Both the position numbers and the translations under genes were made by a program. This document shows positions 39,951-50,807 of a stretch of DNA of 64,000 bases, one piece after another (positions within the stretch are counted from its first letter, which is position 1; each line of letters opens with the position of its first letter). The notes under the pieces are model-generated. The model had not been told where the DNA came from, searched no databases, and saw only the letters and a list, made by a program, of their open reading frames with translations. Source of the stretch: Rickettsiales bacterium (GTDB taxonomy: Bacteria > Pseudomonadota > Alphaproteobacteria > Rickettsiales > UBA998); NCBI GenBank assembly GCA_036770365.1, contig DAIPJH010000003.1, forward strand, positions 7,250 to 71,249. The letters are read 5' to 3'.

Positions 39951-40017
39951 GTCATTCCATCGCAAGATGGAATCTCTGAGTAACCATCCTCTGGATTCCT
40001 GCTTTCGCAGGAATGAC
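39951..40017. repeat. Pair of inverted GTCATTCC-type hairpin repeats
   Basis: GTCATTCCATCGCAAGATGGAATC (39951-39974) and GGATTCCTGCTTTCGCAGGAATGAC (39993-40017). The second translates on the minus strand as VIPAKAGIQ. Confidence 0.7.
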
Positions 40018-40044
40018 AAAAAATAAAAAAGCTAAAGAAAAACC

Positions 40045-40707
40045 ATGACCAATAAAATCACTCTCGCCATTCCAAAAGGGCGCATTTACGAAGAATTGCA
40101 GCCGCTCCTTGCGCATACGAGCATCACGCCTGAGGCGGGGTTTTTTGATGAACGCGACCGCAGGCTTATGTTTGCGACCAACCGCAACGACGTGCAAATC
40201 ATCCGTGTGCGCAGCTTTGACGTGGCAACTTTTGTTGCTTTTGGCGGCGCACAAATTGGCGTTGCTGGCTCAGATGTCTTGATGGAATTCAACTATCCTG
40301 ACCTTTATGCCCCACTGGATTTAGGCATTGGCAAATGCCGCTTAAGCGTCGCAGAACCAACCGAACTCGCCGAACATGACGATCCCACGCGCTGGAGTCA
40401 TGTCAAAGTCGCCACCAAATACCCCAACATCACTAAAGACTATTTTGCTAAACGCGGTGTGCAAGCGGAATGCATCAAACTCAACGGCGCGATGGAACTT
40501 GCGCCGTCATTAGGGCTGTCAGAGCGCATTGTCGATTTAGTTTCTTCAGGCGCAACCTTGACCGCAAATGGCTTAGTGGAGATGGAAATCATCACACAGG
40601 TATCCTCGCGCCTGATTGTTAACCGCACCGCACTCAAAACACGCTCTGACGCACTGATACCCATCATTGAAAAATTCAGGGAGGCACTCGATGCTCACAC
40701 GACTTGA
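40045..40707 (+). CDS. hisG: ATP phosphoribosyltransferase, short (HisG-S) form
   Basis: LAIPKGR start and DLVSSGATL motif. At 220 aa it lacks the C-terminal regulatory domain, so a HisZ partner is expected elsewhere. Confidence 0.92.
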   Translation: MTNKITLAIPKGRIYEELQPLLAHTSITPEAGFFDERDRRLMFATNRNDVQIIRVRSFDVATFVAFGGAQIGVAGSDVLMEFNYPDLYAPLDLGIGKCRLSVAEPTELAEHDDPTRWSHVKVATKYPNITKDYFAKRGVQAECIKLNGAMELAPSLGLSERIVDLVSSGATLTANGLVEMEIITQVSSRLIVNRTALKTRSDALIPIIEKFREALDAHTT

Positions 40708-41980
40708 TGCGACCGCCGCTGATTTTGATGCGCAGCTAGACGCATTACTCCATGCGCGTGAGCAAATTGAAAGTAGCGTCGCGCCTGTCGTATCAGACAT
40801 CATCACCGATGTCCGCCACCGTGGTGACGCCGCCATTATCGACTACACCAATAAATTTGATACACTGACGCTCACACCCGAAACGATGCGCTTTAGCGAA
40901 AAAGACATCGCACAAGCCTTGTTTGATTGCCCAAAACCAGTATACGCCGCGCTTGAACTCGCCGCCAAACGCCTACACGATTTCCACGAAAAACAGATTC
41001 CCAATGACATTCGCTACATCGATGCGGTCGGTGTCACGCTCGGTATGCGCTGGACACCGATTACCGATGTTGGAATCTATGTTCCAGGTGGTCGCGCCTC
41101 TTACCCTAGTTCCGTACTACACAACGCCATCCCTGCTCGTGTAGCAGGCGTAAAACGCATCGTGATGGTCGTCCCGACCCCACACGGCGATGTCAACCCT
41201 GCGATTTTAGTCGCAGCGCATCTTGCTGGCGTGGATGAGATTTACCGCATTGGCGGCGCGCAAGCCATCGCGGCACTGGCTTACGGAACAAAAACCATTC
41301 AACCCGTCCATAAAATCGTTGGACCTGGCAATGCGTATGTCGCCGAAGCCAAACGCCAAGTATTCGGTAAAGTAGGTATCGATATGATTGCGGGGCCGTC
41401 TGAGATTTTAGTGGTCTCAGACAAACACGCCAACCCATCATGGATTGCCGCAGATTTACTCTCACAAGCCGAGCATGACCCGCAAGCGCAGTCGATTTTG
41501 ATTACCGATTCATGGGAACATGCCGATGCGGTCGATCACGCACTACGTACCACTCTCGCGTCCCTCCCGCGCCGTGAGATTGCTGGAAAAGCACTCGAAC
41601 AATTTGGGATATGCATTGTGACTGCGTCCTTGAGCGATGCACCGCGCATCATCAACGTGATTGCGCCTGAACACTTGGAACTAGCCATAGAAAATCCTGA
41701 TACACTACTACCTGAGATTCACCACGCGGGTGCGATTTTCATCGGGTATTATACGCCAGAAGCACTAGGCGATTACCTTGCAGGGCCGTCACATGTCTTG
41801 CCAACCTCACGAACTGCACATTTCTCGTCTGGACTATCGGTCTATGATTTCATCAAAAAAACATCACTACTCGGCGCAAGCCGCGAGGCGTTTCAGGTGC
41901 TTGGTAAATCTGTCGCAACCTTAGCCGATAGTGAAGGACTTAGTGCGCATGCCTTGTCTGCGCGTTTGCGACTTGATTAG
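40691..41980 (+). CDS. hisD: Histidinol dehydrogenase
   Basis: [32 protein letters not shown] and PEHLEL motifs. Start set at the ATG at 40691 (MLTRLD), overlapping the hisG end. Confidence 0.95.
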   Translation: MLTRLDATAADFDAQLDALLHAREQIESSVAPVVSDIITDVRHRGDAAIIDYTNKFDTLTLTPETMRFSEKDIAQALFDCPKPVYAALELAAKRLHDFHEKQIPNDIRYIDAVGVTLGMRWTPITDVGIYVPGGRASYPSSVLHNAIPARVAGVKRIVMVVPTPHGDVNPAILVAAHLAGVDEIYRIGGAQAIAALAYGTKTIQPVHKIVGPGNAYVAEAKRQVFGKVGIDMIAGPSEILVVSDKHANPSWIAADLLSQAEHDPQAQSILITDSWEHADAVDHALRTTLASLPRREIAGKALEQFGICIVTASLSDAPRIINVIAPEHLELAIENPDTLLPEIHHAGAIFIGYYTPEALGDYLAGPSHVLPTSRTAHFSSGLSVYDFIKKTSLLGASREAFQVLGKSVATLADSEGLSAHALSARLRLD

Positions 41981-41984
41981 TTTT

Positions 41985-42458
41985 ATGAACAACAGCCTCG
42001 AATATATTGCACATATCTACATGGACGAACACACTGTCCTGCGCAGGTCAGCGGAGATTGAGCATGAGCGAAGCGTTGCGCTGAAAGACTTACAAAAACA
42101 TAATCAATTCCGTGTCAAAGAGTTGGAACAAGGGCCATATTACGTGCATCTTTCCATCAAGGACAATCGCCTGAGCTTCGAGATTTCTTCAGAAGTGGTT
42201 ACCTCACCTTATTATATCACGCTTCCCATCAACCCGTTCCGCCGCGTGGTGAAAGATTATTTTCTCATTTGCGAAAGCTATTTTGAAGCCATGAAATTGA
42301 ATAATAATTACCGCGTGGAAGCAATTGATATGGGGCGCAGAGGTATTCATAATGAAGGCTCAGAACTCTTGACCGAGATGCTCTCAAGTAAGGTCGAGAT
42401 GGATTTTGATACTGCGCGAAGGCTGTTCACACTCATTTGCGTTTTACATATCCGCTAG
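41985..42458 (+). CDS. UPF0262 family protein
   Basis: VKDYFLICESYFEA, IDMGRRGIHNEG and ARRLFTLICVLH are hallmark UPF0262 blocks. Its position after hisD is as in other alphaproteobacteria. Confidence 0.8.
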   Translation: MNNSLEYIAHIYMDEHTVLRRSAEIEHERSVALKDLQKHNQFRVKELEQGPYYVHLSIKDNRLSFEISSEVVTSPYYITLPINPFRRVVKDYFLICESYFEAMKLNNNYRVEAIDMGRRGIHNEGSELLTEMLSSKVEMDFDTARRLFTLICVLHIR

Positions 42459-42519
42459 GCTGTGGTATGAGGCAGCACCAAAATACTCTTAAACAATAAT
42501 GAAATGCGATTAAAAGCTC

Positions 42520-42738
42520 ATGGCTAAAGAAGAATTGATTGAATTTGAAGGCGAAGTACTCGAAGTATTGCCAAACGCGATGTTTCAAGTAAAACTGGAT
42601 AATGGACACGAAGTACTCGCACACACCTCTGGTCGTATGCGTAAAAACCGTATTCGTGTACTTGCTGGTGATAAAGTCACGGTAGAGATGACTCCGTATG
42701 ACCTTAGCAAAGCCCGCATTAAATTCCGCCATAAGTAG
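42520..42738 (+). CDS. infA: Translation initiation factor IF-1
   Basis: [32 protein letters not shown]. Confidence 0.97.
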   Translation: MAKEELIEFEGEVLEVLPNAMFQVKLDNGHEVLAHTSGRMRKNRIRVLAGDKVTVEMTPYDLSKARIKFRHK

Positions 42739-42746
42739 TTTTCCAG

Positions 42747-43343
42747 ATGTCCGCGCCATTGATACTTGCTTCTGCCTCCCCACGCAGAAAGGATTTGCTT
42801 GCGCAAATTGGCATCACCCCAACCGCGATTTTACCCACAGACATTGACGAAACACCACTGAAAAATGAAAAACCATCAATATACGTCAAACGCCTTGCCA
42901 TCTCTAAAGCAAAAGCCATCTCACACGCCCATCACGGCAGCATCATTTTAGCAGCCGACACCACCGTCGCCTGCGGCACACGCATCTTAGAAAAACCAAA
43001 CGACATCAAGCAAGCAAGAAAATTTCTTGAACTCCTCAATGGTCGCGCCCACCGCGTCTATACAGGAGTTGCAGTCACCAACCCTACTGGAGAAATCCGC
43101 AGCAAAACCGTAATGACCCGCGTCCATTTCAAACATCTCAGTGATGAGGAAATGCAATGGTATCTTGCAAATAATGAATGGCAGGGCTTGGCAGGTGGCT
43201 ACGCTGTACAAGGCTTGGCCGCACGTTTTATCACGAATGTCAATGGCTCTTTCAGCTCTGTTGTCGGACTGCCACTGTATGAAACCACGCAGTTACTAAA
43301 CTGGGCCGGCATTTCATTAAACCATCATCCAAACAAGATTTAG
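42747..43343 (+). CDS. maf: Maf-like nucleoside triphosphate pyrophosphatase
   Basis: ILASASPRR..LL start, AADT, and GGYAVQG motifs. Confidence 0.9.
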   Translation: MSAPLILASASPRRKDLLAQIGITPTAILPTDIDETPLKNEKPSIYVKRLAISKAKAISHAHHGSIILAADTTVACGTRILEKPNDIKQARKFLELLNGRAHRVYTGVAVTNPTGEIRSKTVMTRVHFKHLSDEEMQWYLANNEWQGLAGGYAVQGLAARFITNVNGSFSSVVGLPLYETTQLLNWAGISLNHHPNKI

Positions 43344-43470
43344 CTGCAACACATATTCAAATACGCTATACTGAGCGAAGTAGTTTCAATAACCGTTATA
43401 TTATTGACATTACCAGCCACGACTGCGACTGCGACGATCTTCACCATAAGTCTTAATGGCGTTTGAACGT

Positions 43471-43500
43471 CAATTAGTTTTGATTATTCAAAACTAATTG
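43471..43500. promoter_or_regulatory. 11-bp perfect inverted repeat immediately upstream of putA (operator or leader hairpin candidate)
   Basis: CAATTAGTTTT (43471-43481), loop GATTATTC, then AAAACTAATTG (43490-43500). It ends 12 nt before the putA ATG. No function has been shown. Confidence 0.4.
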
Positions 43501-43512
43501 GAAAGAACATGT

Positions 43513-46500
43513 ATGAAACAAGAAACCATCACATTACTCGACAAAATCAGCCAACACAGCTTTACCGATGAATATAGCTGTCTATCCGCGATGCTACCTA
43601 TTTTAACGCCATGTCGTCATCATGCGAGTGAAATTCTTGCGCTTGCATCTACGCTCACAATTAATATTCGTGAGCATAAACAAAATCTTAGCGTCGAAGC
43701 CTTTTTGCAGGAATACCAACTCTCAAGCAAAGAAGGCGTCGCTATTATGTGTTTAGCTGAAGCATTACTACGCATTCCTGATCGCTCTACCGCCGACGCG
43801 CTGATTAAATCAACGTTTAGCAAAAAGAATTGGGCAGCACATTTAGGTCAGAGTGATTCTCTTTTTATCAATGCATCAAGCTGGGGACTGCTCCTTGCTG
43901 GCAAGACAATTTCCTTTACCAGTGAAGAAAAAGACAACCCTGAGAAACTAATTTCAGGGATCGTACGATCGATCAGCGAAACCACCCTGCGCTCTGCGCT
44001 CAAAGCCGCCATGCGTTTGATTGCAAAACAATTTGTACTAGGTGAAACCTTAGATGATGCGCTTAATGAAGCCAAAAAACTCCACAAAGAAGGCTGGAAA
44101 TTTTCCTATGATATACTCGGCGAAGGAGCGCGGACATGGACACAGGCTGAAACCTATTTTCAATCCTATTTAACTGCCATTCAATCAGTTGGAAAAACAC
44201 GCTCTAAAGGTTCGCGGCTTTTTGATGCACCAAGTGTATCCATCAAACTCACCGCGCTACATCCGCATTATGAACTACGCCACACAGACGAAGTAATAAA
44301 AACGCTCCTCCCCAAGCTTATCACCCTCGCACTTGCCGCACAAAGGGCAAATATTGCCATTGCGATTGACGCGGAAGAAGCGTACCGCCTTGACCTTGAA
44401 CTCATCATTTTTGAACGCTTGTGCAAAGCACAAGAATTCAAGAATTTCGATGGTTTGGGCTTTGTTTTGCAAGCTTATCAAAAACGTGCGTGGCTAGTCA
44501 TTGACTACCTTAAACAGATAGCGGTGGATACGGGGCGCACGATTCCTGTACGGCTCGTCAAAGGTGCATATTGGGACAGCGAAATCAAACATGCACAAAA
44601 CATGGGGCTGCCTGATTATCCTGTCTTTACGATGAAGGCGCACTCAGACACCTCCTATCTCGCCTGCGCAATAAAGCTATTGGAAAACAACACACTTTTT
44701 TATCCGCAATTCGCCACCCATAACGCCCATACAATTGCAACCATCCTTACCTGCGCTCCTAAAGACGCAAAATTTGAATTCCAACGGCTCTACGGCATGG
44801 GCGAGGCACTACACAAGCAATTACTAAACGATCGTTCAAGCCGTATTTACGCGCCCATAGGCGCACATAAAGACCTACTCGCTTACCTCATCCGCAGGTT
44901 GCTCGAAAACGGTGCAAACAGTTCGTTTGTACATCAGATCATGGATAAAAACATCCCGATTGAGCAGCTACTTGACAATCCTATATCTACCACCGCGCAT
45001 CATATCAAAGACAACACACCCTCTCCTATCCCCCTGCCGCGCTATGCCCTCAGTGGCAACTGGCAATGCGCAACAGGGATGGATTTGGGCTATAGCCACA
45101 TGCTGCACACATTACCATCGCTTACACCACTATCAACTACACCTTCTAAACAAGGTGACAACGATATCCTATATGCACTCGAACGCGCAAATAACTATGC
45201 CCCAACATGGGCAGATCATCCACTAAATGATCGCACAAACTGCCTTCTAAAAGCAGCAAATTTACTCGATCTGCGCAAGAATGACGCCTTAAATCTGCTG
45301 ATACAAGAAGGACGCAAAACATATAAGGACGCTATCTCAGAATGGATGGAAACTATCGAGATGCTACGTTACTATGCGCAGCTTGCAACACATACACTCA
45401 CCCCAATTTCACTTCCCAGCATCACGGGTGAACATAATGTCTTAAGTTATCACCCTCGCGGCACATTTCTGTGCATCTCCCCTTGGAATTTTCCAATGGC
45501 AATCTTCACAGGACAAATTGCCGCCGCGCTCGTAACAGGCAACACCGTCCTCGCCAAACCTGCCGAACCAACACCACGTTGCGCCGCCTTCATCACTGAT
45601 TTACTTCATGAGGTAGGCATTCCTAAAGACGCGCTGCACCTAATTCTTGCCAACGGCAAATGCACCGACACATTACTTGTTAAAGACGAACGCATAGACG
45701 GTGTCGTCTTTACGGGTTCAACCACCACTGCGCGCACCATAGCACAAAGTCTAGCTGCAAGAAAGGGCGCACTCACTCCTTTAATTGCCGAAACAGGTGG
45801 TCAAAATTGCATGCTACTCGATAGCTCCTGCCTGCTCGAACAAGCACTAGATGACGTGCTACATAGCGCATTTGGCAGCGCAGGACAACGCTGCTCCGCA
45901 TTAAGAGTACTCTATATCGCCGACGATATTGCTGACGGATTTATCACCCTACTCAAAGAAGCCACTAGTAATTTACATATCGGCGACAACACTCTCACCA
46001 CCACTGATGTTGGTCCTGTCATAAATCATCAAGCCAAAGCTACATTAGAAGATCATGAAAAAGAGCTAGAACAAAGCGCATGGGCATCACTTCTCGCCAA
46101 AGCTCCCATCCCTGAGTCCAACCTCCCGCTTATTGCACCGCAAGTGTGGGAAATTGATAGTATTTCACGCCTCACGCAAGAACATTTTGGTCCTATTCTC
46201 CATCTGATTCGCTTCCCCAGCGCAGCACCAGAAAAAGTGATAGAGCAAATAAACAGCACGGGCTACGGACTCACTTTCGGCATCCACAGCCGCATCCCCT
46301 CACGTTTTGAAGGTTTGGCGCAGCGCGTCAAAGCTGGCAACATCTACATCAACCGCTCTATCACGGGTGCGCGCGTGGGCAGCCAGCCTTTCGGCGGCGA
46401 AGGCCTGTCTGGCACAGGGTTCAAGGCAGGTGGACAACATTATCTGCTGCGCTTCATCACGGAGCGCACCACCACCACCAATGTCGCTGCCATTGGCGGG

Positions 46501-46524
46501 AATATTGAGTTATTGATGCGGTAA
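43513..46524 (+). CDS. putA: Bifunctional proline dehydrogenase / L-glutamate-gamma-semialdehyde dehydrogenase PutA (no N-terminal RHH domain)
   Basis: The PRODH half has [10 protein letters not shown] and the [11 protein letters not shown] motif. The ALDH half has PWNFP, ETGGQN and the catalytic GQRCSA. The ORF-track start at 43498 is a TTG, and the first ATG is at 43513. Confidence 0.93.
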   Translation: MKQETITLLDKISQHSFTDEYSCLSAMLPILTPCRHHASEILALASTLTINIREHKQNLSVEAFLQEYQLSSKEGVAIMCLAEALLRIPDRSTADALIKSTFSKKNWAAHLGQSDSLFINASSWGLLLAGKTISFTSEEKDNPEKLISGIVRSISETTLRSALKAAMRLIAKQFVLGETLDDALNEAKKLHKEGWKFSYDILGEGARTWTQAETYFQSYLTAIQSVGKTRSKGSRLFDAPSVSIKLTALHPHYELRHTDEVIKTLLPKLITLALAAQRANIAIAIDAEEAYRLDLELIIFERLCKAQEFKNFDGLGFVLQAYQKRAWLVIDYLKQIAVDTGRTIPVRLVKGAYWDSEIKHAQNMGLPDYPVFTMKAHSDTSYLACAIKLLENNTLFYPQFATHNAHTIATILTCAPKDAKFEFQRLYGMGEALHKQLLNDRSSRIYAPIGAHKDLLAYLIRRLLENGANSSFVHQIMDKNIPIEQLLDNPISTTAHHIKDNTPSPIPLPRYALSGNWQCATGMDLGYSHMLHTLPSLTPLSTTPSKQGDNDILYALERANNYAPTWADHPLNDRTNCLLKAANLLDLRKNDALNLLIQEGRKTYKDAISEWMETIEMLRYYAQLATHTLTPISLPSITGEHNVLSYHPRGTFLCISPWNFPMAIFTGQIAAALVTGNTVLAKPAEPTPRCAAFITDLLHEVGIPKDALHLILANGKCTDTLLVKDERIDGVVFTGSTTTARTIAQSLAARKGALTPLIAETGGQNCMLLDSSCLLEQALDDVLHSAFGSAGQRCSALRVLYIADDIADGFITLLKEATSNLHIGDNTLTTTDVGPVINHQAKATLEDHEKELEQSAWASLLAKAPIPESNLPLIAPQVWEIDSISRLTQEHFGPILHLIRFPSAAPEKVIEQINSTGYGLTFGIHSRIPSRFEGLAQRVKAGNIYINRSITGARVGSQPFGGEGLSGTGFKAGGQHYLLRFITERTTTTNVAAIGGNIELLMR

Positions 46525-46552
46525 GAGACTAACAAATATCTTAAATGCTTTA

Positions 46553-46581
46553 TTGACAAACGCAAAGCCCATCTTTATACA
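46553..46581 (+). promoter_or_regulatory. Candidate sigma-70 promoter of the rpmH-rnpA-yidD-yidC operon
   Basis: TTGACA (46553-46558), a 17-nt spacer, then TATACA (46576-46581), 45 nt upstream of the rpmH ATG. Confidence 0.35.
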
Positions 46582-46625
46582 GGCGAGTTCTTAAAATAAG
46601 AACGTACTATATTCGGAGCAAGACC

Positions 46626-46760
46626 ATGAAACGTACATACCAACCAAGCAAACTCGTTCGTAAACGCCGTCACGGTTTCCGTGCGCGCATGGCTGAGGTC
46701 GGTGGTCGTAAGATCATCAATGCTCGCCGCGCGAAAGGCCGTACACGTTTGAGCGCATAG
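46626..46760 (+). CDS. rpmH: 50S ribosomal protein L34
   Basis: Not in the ORF track because it is under 60 aa. Hand translation gives [44 protein letters not shown]. Confidence 0.93.
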   Translation: MKRTYQPSKLVRKRRHGFRARMAEVGGRKIINARRAKGRTRLSA

Positions 46761-46778
46761 TTTTTAAGGCGCACAGCT

Positions 46779-47204
46779 ATGCCTGATGCCTTAGCACCAG
46801 TGTTTCTGACGCGCCTACAAAAACGCAAAGACTTTCTCGCCGTAGCCGCCACTAAAAAACGCTTTATTTTGCGTGATATGATAATTCAATATCAGCGCAG
46901 AGACGAAGGCAGAGCAGAAGAGAAACATGCGGTACGTGTTGGTTTTACCGTTACAAAAAAACATGGCTCAGCAGTTGTTCGCAACCGCATCCGCAGAAGA
47001 CTCCGTGAGGCAACGCGCACATTGCTGCCAAACCTTGCACAAGCAGGACATGACTATGTCTTTATCGCCAAAGCGATATACGCCACATGTCCTTATGAAA
47101 AGATTTTAGACGATATTCGCTTCGCATTTGGACATATTCACAGGGGTAGCTCTCCCCAGAAACCAAAAGCGCAGCAAGCACAGGAAGACGACACGCTATG
47201 TTAA
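46779..47204 (+). CDS. rnpA: Ribonuclease P protein component
   Basis: RVGFTVTKKHGSAVVRNRIRRRLRE is the RNase P protein signature. Follows rpmH. Confidence 0.85.
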   Translation: MPDALAPVFLTRLQKRKDFLAVAATKKRFILRDMIIQYQRRDEGRAEEKHAVRVGFTVTKKHGSAVVRNRIRRRLREATRTLLPNLAQAGHDYVFIAKAIYATCPYEKILDDIRFAFGHIHRGSSPQKPKAQQAQEDDTLC

Positions 47205-47452
47205 GTCGCAGTTTCATCTTTCTTATTGCCCTTTATCAAACGGTCATCTCACCTTTTAAACCTTGCGCGTGCTGTAGATTCACGCCAACCTGCTCACATT
47301 ATGCCATCGAAGCACTGCACACGCACACATTACTTGCAGCACTCTGGCTTATCAGTAAGCGTATTTTTTCTTGCCACCCGTGGGGTAAAAGCGGCCATGA
47401 CCCTGTCCCACACAATTTTTCTTTTCCCTTTAGTTCAAGGACACAGCCATGA
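47198..47452 (+). CDS. yidD: Membrane protein insertion efficiency factor YidD
   Basis: YQ..ISP.....CRF.PTCS.YA.EA......G..L...RI..CHPW...G.DPVP. Confidence 0.9.
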   Translation: MLSRSFIFLIALYQTVISPFKPCACCRFTPTCSHYAIEALHTHTLLAALWLISKRIFSCHPWGKSGHDPVPHNFSFPFSSRTQP

Positions 47453-49209
47453 AAACCCAAGACGAAACGCGTAACCTTGTTATTTCATTGATCATATCAG
47501 TCGCCATTTTGGTGGTTTGGCATTTCACATGGCAAGTACCACAACAAAAAGCGCAAGCAGAAAAACAACGTATTGCCTCCTTAGCACAAAAAACCGCTGC
47601 TGCTGCAATGCAACAACCCTCTTCTAATGCCACAATACTTCCTGCACCTGAGAATCTTACTCCCTCACAGCCCCTATCTCGTGACTCCCTTCTCGAACAT
47701 AGCCGCCGCATCACCATTGAATCCAACCAAATCAAAGGTTCAATCTCACTACGCGGCGCACGCTTTGATGACCTTACACTGAATGCATATCGTGAAACAA
47801 TTCACCCTGAATCTCCTGCGGTCAAGTTACTTTCTCCTTCAGGCGATACCCATGCTTATTTTGCTGAATTTGGTTGGCTAGGAAAAAACAATACGATTAA
47901 GCTTCCTGATAATAACACTGAATGGAAAGCAGACCACGAGACACTAACCCCTGAAACCCCCGTCACCTTAAGCTGGGACAATGGTGAAGGCTTAGTCTTT
48001 GAAAAAAAGATATCAGTCGACAAAGACTATATGTTCCACATTGAACAAACCATTGTTAACAAAACAGCGACCGCCATCGATCTTGCGCCATACGGTCTTA
48101 TTAGCCGTACTTTTGTGCCAGAAGGTAAACATTTTGCCATTTTGCATGAAGGACCGCTAGGAATTACAGACGGCGCATTAGAAGAACTGGAATATAAGAA
48201 ACTTAAAGAAGATGGTGGTGTCACACGTGCGAATGCTTCAGGCTGGTTTGGCATTTCAGATAAATACTGGTTAGCCGCGATTATCCCAGATCAACAAGCA
48301 TTTAAAACCAACTACAGCTATTATAATTTGCAAGGACAAGATAAATACCAAACGGATTTTGTAGGCGCTATGCGCACCATTGAAGCAGGTCACAGCGTAA
48401 CCTCCTCTACTCACTTTTTTGCAGGTGCAAAACGTCTCAACCTACTCGATAGTTACGCCGCCCAATATAACATCCCCCTTTTTGACCGTGCGGTGGATTT
48501 TGGACGTCTTTATTTCATCACCAAACCTTTGTTTCAACTCCTACATTATTTTTACAATTTAATTGGTAATTTTGGCTTGGCAATTATGCTCCTTACCGTC
48601 ACGGTGAAGATATTTCTCTTCCCCCTTGCTAATAAATCCTATGCTTCCATGGCACATATGCGTGAATTGATGCCACAGATGAACCATATCAAAGAACGCT
48701 ACGCAGATGACAAAGTGAAGATGAACCAAGAAATCATGGAACTCTACCGCAAAGAAAAAGTGAATCCTGCGGCAGGCTGCTTACCCATGATTATTCAGCT
48801 TCCTGTGTTTTTTGCCCTCTACAAAGTATTATTTGTAACATTAGAGATGCGTCAAATGCCATTCTATGGTTGGATTCATGATTTGTCAGTCTCAGACCCA
48901 ACCAATATTTTTACGCTCTTCGGTCTCATTGCATGGACTCCGCCAAGCTTCCTCCATATTGGTGTATTGCCGCTTGTGATGGCAATTACCATGATCATAC
49001 AACAAAAAATGAACCCTAAACCAGCAGACCCTATACAGGCACAGGTCATTGGCATGATGCCTTACGTGTTTGTGTTCATGTTTGCAGGATTTCCCGCAGG
49101 TCTTGTGCTTTACTGGGCATGGAACAATACACTTTCAGTCCTTCAGCAATGGGTCATCACTCGCCGTCATGACGCAAAAAGTAAAAAGCGTAAATTGGCA
49201 CATGCGTAA
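47449..49209 (+). CDS. yidC: Membrane protein insertase YidC
   Basis: 586 aa with a large periplasmic P1 domain, then the conserved core (NFGLAIMLLTV.VK...FPL, GCLPM.IQ.PVFFALY). Confidence 0.95.
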   Translation: MKTQDETRNLVISLIISVAILVVWHFTWQVPQQKAQAEKQRIASLAQKTAAAAMQQPSSNATILPAPENLTPSQPLSRDSLLEHSRRITIESNQIKGSISLRGARFDDLTLNAYRETIHPESPAVKLLSPSGDTHAYFAEFGWLGKNNTIKLPDNNTEWKADHETLTPETPVTLSWDNGEGLVFEKKISVDKDYMFHIEQTIVNKTATAIDLAPYGLISRTFVPEGKHFAILHEGPLGITDGALEELEYKKLKEDGGVTRANASGWFGISDKYWLAAIIPDQQAFKTNYSYYNLQGQDKYQTDFVGAMRTIEAGHSVTSSTHFFAGAKRLNLLDSYAAQYNIPLFDRAVDFGRLYFITKPLFQLLHYFYNLIGNFGLAIMLLTVTVKIFLFPLANKSYASMAHMRELMPQMNHIKERYADDKVKMNQEIMELYRKEKVNPAAGCLPMIIQLPVFFALYKVLFVTLEMRQMPFYGWIHDLSVSDPTNIFTLFGLIAWTPPSFLHIGVLPLVMAITMIIQQKMNPKPADPIQAQVIGMMPYVFVFMFAGFPAGLVLYWAWNNTLSVLQQWVITRRHDAKSKKRKLAHA

Positions 49210-49215
49210 GGTCAT

Positions 49216-49848
49216 ATGATGAGCGAGAACCCAATTCACGGCGTCAATAAACTCTTCACGTCTCAATGCGATTTCGTATTTGGGGCAGATAGCCACGATG
49301 GCTTGCCGCCAATGAGCTTGCCTGAAATCGCCTTTGCAGGTCGCTCGAATGTCGGAAAGTCTTCCCTACTCAACGCACTCACAGGGCGCAACAGCTTGGC
49401 ACGTACCTCACAAACACCAGGACGCACACGCCAACTGAACTTTTTTAATATTGGTGACACCTTCTTACTGGTGGATATGCCTGGTTATGGCTACGCTAAA
49501 GCCTCTAAAACTGATGTCGCCAAATGGATCAACACTACCAAACGTTATCTTTGTGGGCGGACGACACTACGTCGTGTTTGCATCCTGATCGATGCGCGTA
49601 GAGGCATCACTACTCCTGACAGAGAATGGATGGTCATGCTCAATGAGGCCGCAGTACCTTACCGCATCGTCCTTACTAAAGCGGATAAAGTGACCACAAC
49701 AGAACTCAAAAAACTTATTGAAAATACTGAAGCAGAAATCAGCAAACAACCTGCGGCGATGCCAGGGGTATTTATCACCAGTGCTGAAAAGAAAATAGGC
49801 ATTGATGAACTCAGACAAGATATTGCAAGTTTAATGCAAGACAGCTAA
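49216..49848 (+). CDS. engB: Ribosome biogenesis GTP-binding protein EngB/YsxC
   Basis: G1 motif GRSNVGKSSLLNAL, then DMPGYGYA and TKADK. Confidence 0.9.
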   Translation: MMSENPIHGVNKLFTSQCDFVFGADSHDGLPPMSLPEIAFAGRSNVGKSSLLNALTGRNSLARTSQTPGRTRQLNFFNIGDTFLLVDMPGYGYAKASKTDVAKWINTTKRYLCGRTTLRRVCILIDARRGITTPDREWMVMLNEAAVPYRIVLTKADKVTTTELKKLIENTEAEISKQPAAMPGVFITSAEKKIGIDELRQDIASLMQDS

Positions 49849-49883
49849 ACATCAAAAGATGCTCCCGCAAGAAAGAATAAAAA

Positions 49884-50792
49884 ATGAAAACACGCGCACT
49901 CAAAACATCAGAATCCATGCTTCGTACAGCACGTACCGTATCGGAAGCACTACCTTATATGCGCGAGTTTGCAGGCGAAACCTTTGTGGTCAAATATGGT
50001 GGTCATGCCATGGGTGATCAAGAACTTGCCAACCAATTTGCGCGTGATATTGTCTTGATGCAACATGTTGGCATTCGCCCCGTAGTCATCCACGGCGGTG
50101 GCCCTCAGATTGGCAAAATGCTCGAACGCCTCGCAATTAAAAGTGACTTTATCGATGGACTTCGCATCACCGATGCTCCAACGGTGGAAATCGTCGAAAT
50201 GGTACTATGCGGCTCTATTAACAAGAATATTGCCGCTTCTATCAACGCCGCAGGCGGTAAAGCGGTCGGTATTTCAGGCAAAGACGGTAATTTAATGCAA
50301 GCACGTAAACTCACGCGCACCCAAAAAGACCCTGATTCCAATATTGAGCGCATACTTGATCTAGGATATGTCGGTGAACCCATGCATGTCAATCCTGCCA
50401 TTTTGGATGAATTTGCTAGTGCAGGCATCATCCCCGTCATTGCCCCTATTGGCATTGGAGAAGATGGCCAAACCTACAACATCAATGCAGATACAGCAGC
50501 AGGCGCGATTGCAGGCGCGCTTGGCGCACGTAAACTCATGCTCCTCACTGACGTTGCGGGGATCTTAAATAAAGACAAAGAACTCATCAGCGAACTTAAC
50601 ACTACCGAAGCCCGTGGGCTGATTGAGGACGGCACGGTCTCAGGCGGCATGATTCCAAAGGTCGAGACCTGCATCTACGCGCTAGAACGTGATACCCAAA
50701 GCGTCCATATCTTAGACGGACGCATCCCGCATGTACTTCTTGTGGAAACCTTCACCGAACATGGCGCAGGCACAATGATGACGCAGGGCTAA
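49884..50792 (+). CDS. argB: Acetylglutamate kinase
   Basis: [19 protein letters not shown], and [12 protein letters not shown]. Confidence 0.95.
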   Translation: MKTRALKTSESMLRTARTVSEALPYMREFAGETFVVKYGGHAMGDQELANQFARDIVLMQHVGIRPVVIHGGGPQIGKMLERLAIKSDFIDGLRITDAPTVEIVEMVLCGSINKNIAASINAAGGKAVGISGKDGNLMQARKLTRTQKDPDSNIERILDLGYVGEPMHVNPAILDEFASAGIIPVIAPIGIGEDGQTYNINADTAAGAIAGALGARKLMLLTDVAGILNKDKELISELNTTEARGLIEDGTVSGGMIPKVETCIYALERDTQSVHILDGRIPHVLLVETFTEHGAGTMMTQG

Positions 50793-50807
50793 AGCCTTCA
50801 CCTCAGC

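Noticed and set aside
39835-40254. ORFs 39835-40026 (+) and 39952-40254 (-) upstream of or overlapping hisG
   Set aside because: They read through the GTCATTCC hairpin repeats (peptides such as VIPAKAGIQ and CFRRNDKK) and, on the minus strand, through the hisG start. They are artefacts of palindromic repeats.
46586-46602. GTTCTTA-AAA-TAAGAAC palindrome in the rpmH leader
   Set aside because: The perfect 7-bp arms have only a 3-nt loop, in AT-rich sequence. This is plausible by chance and I know of no associated function.
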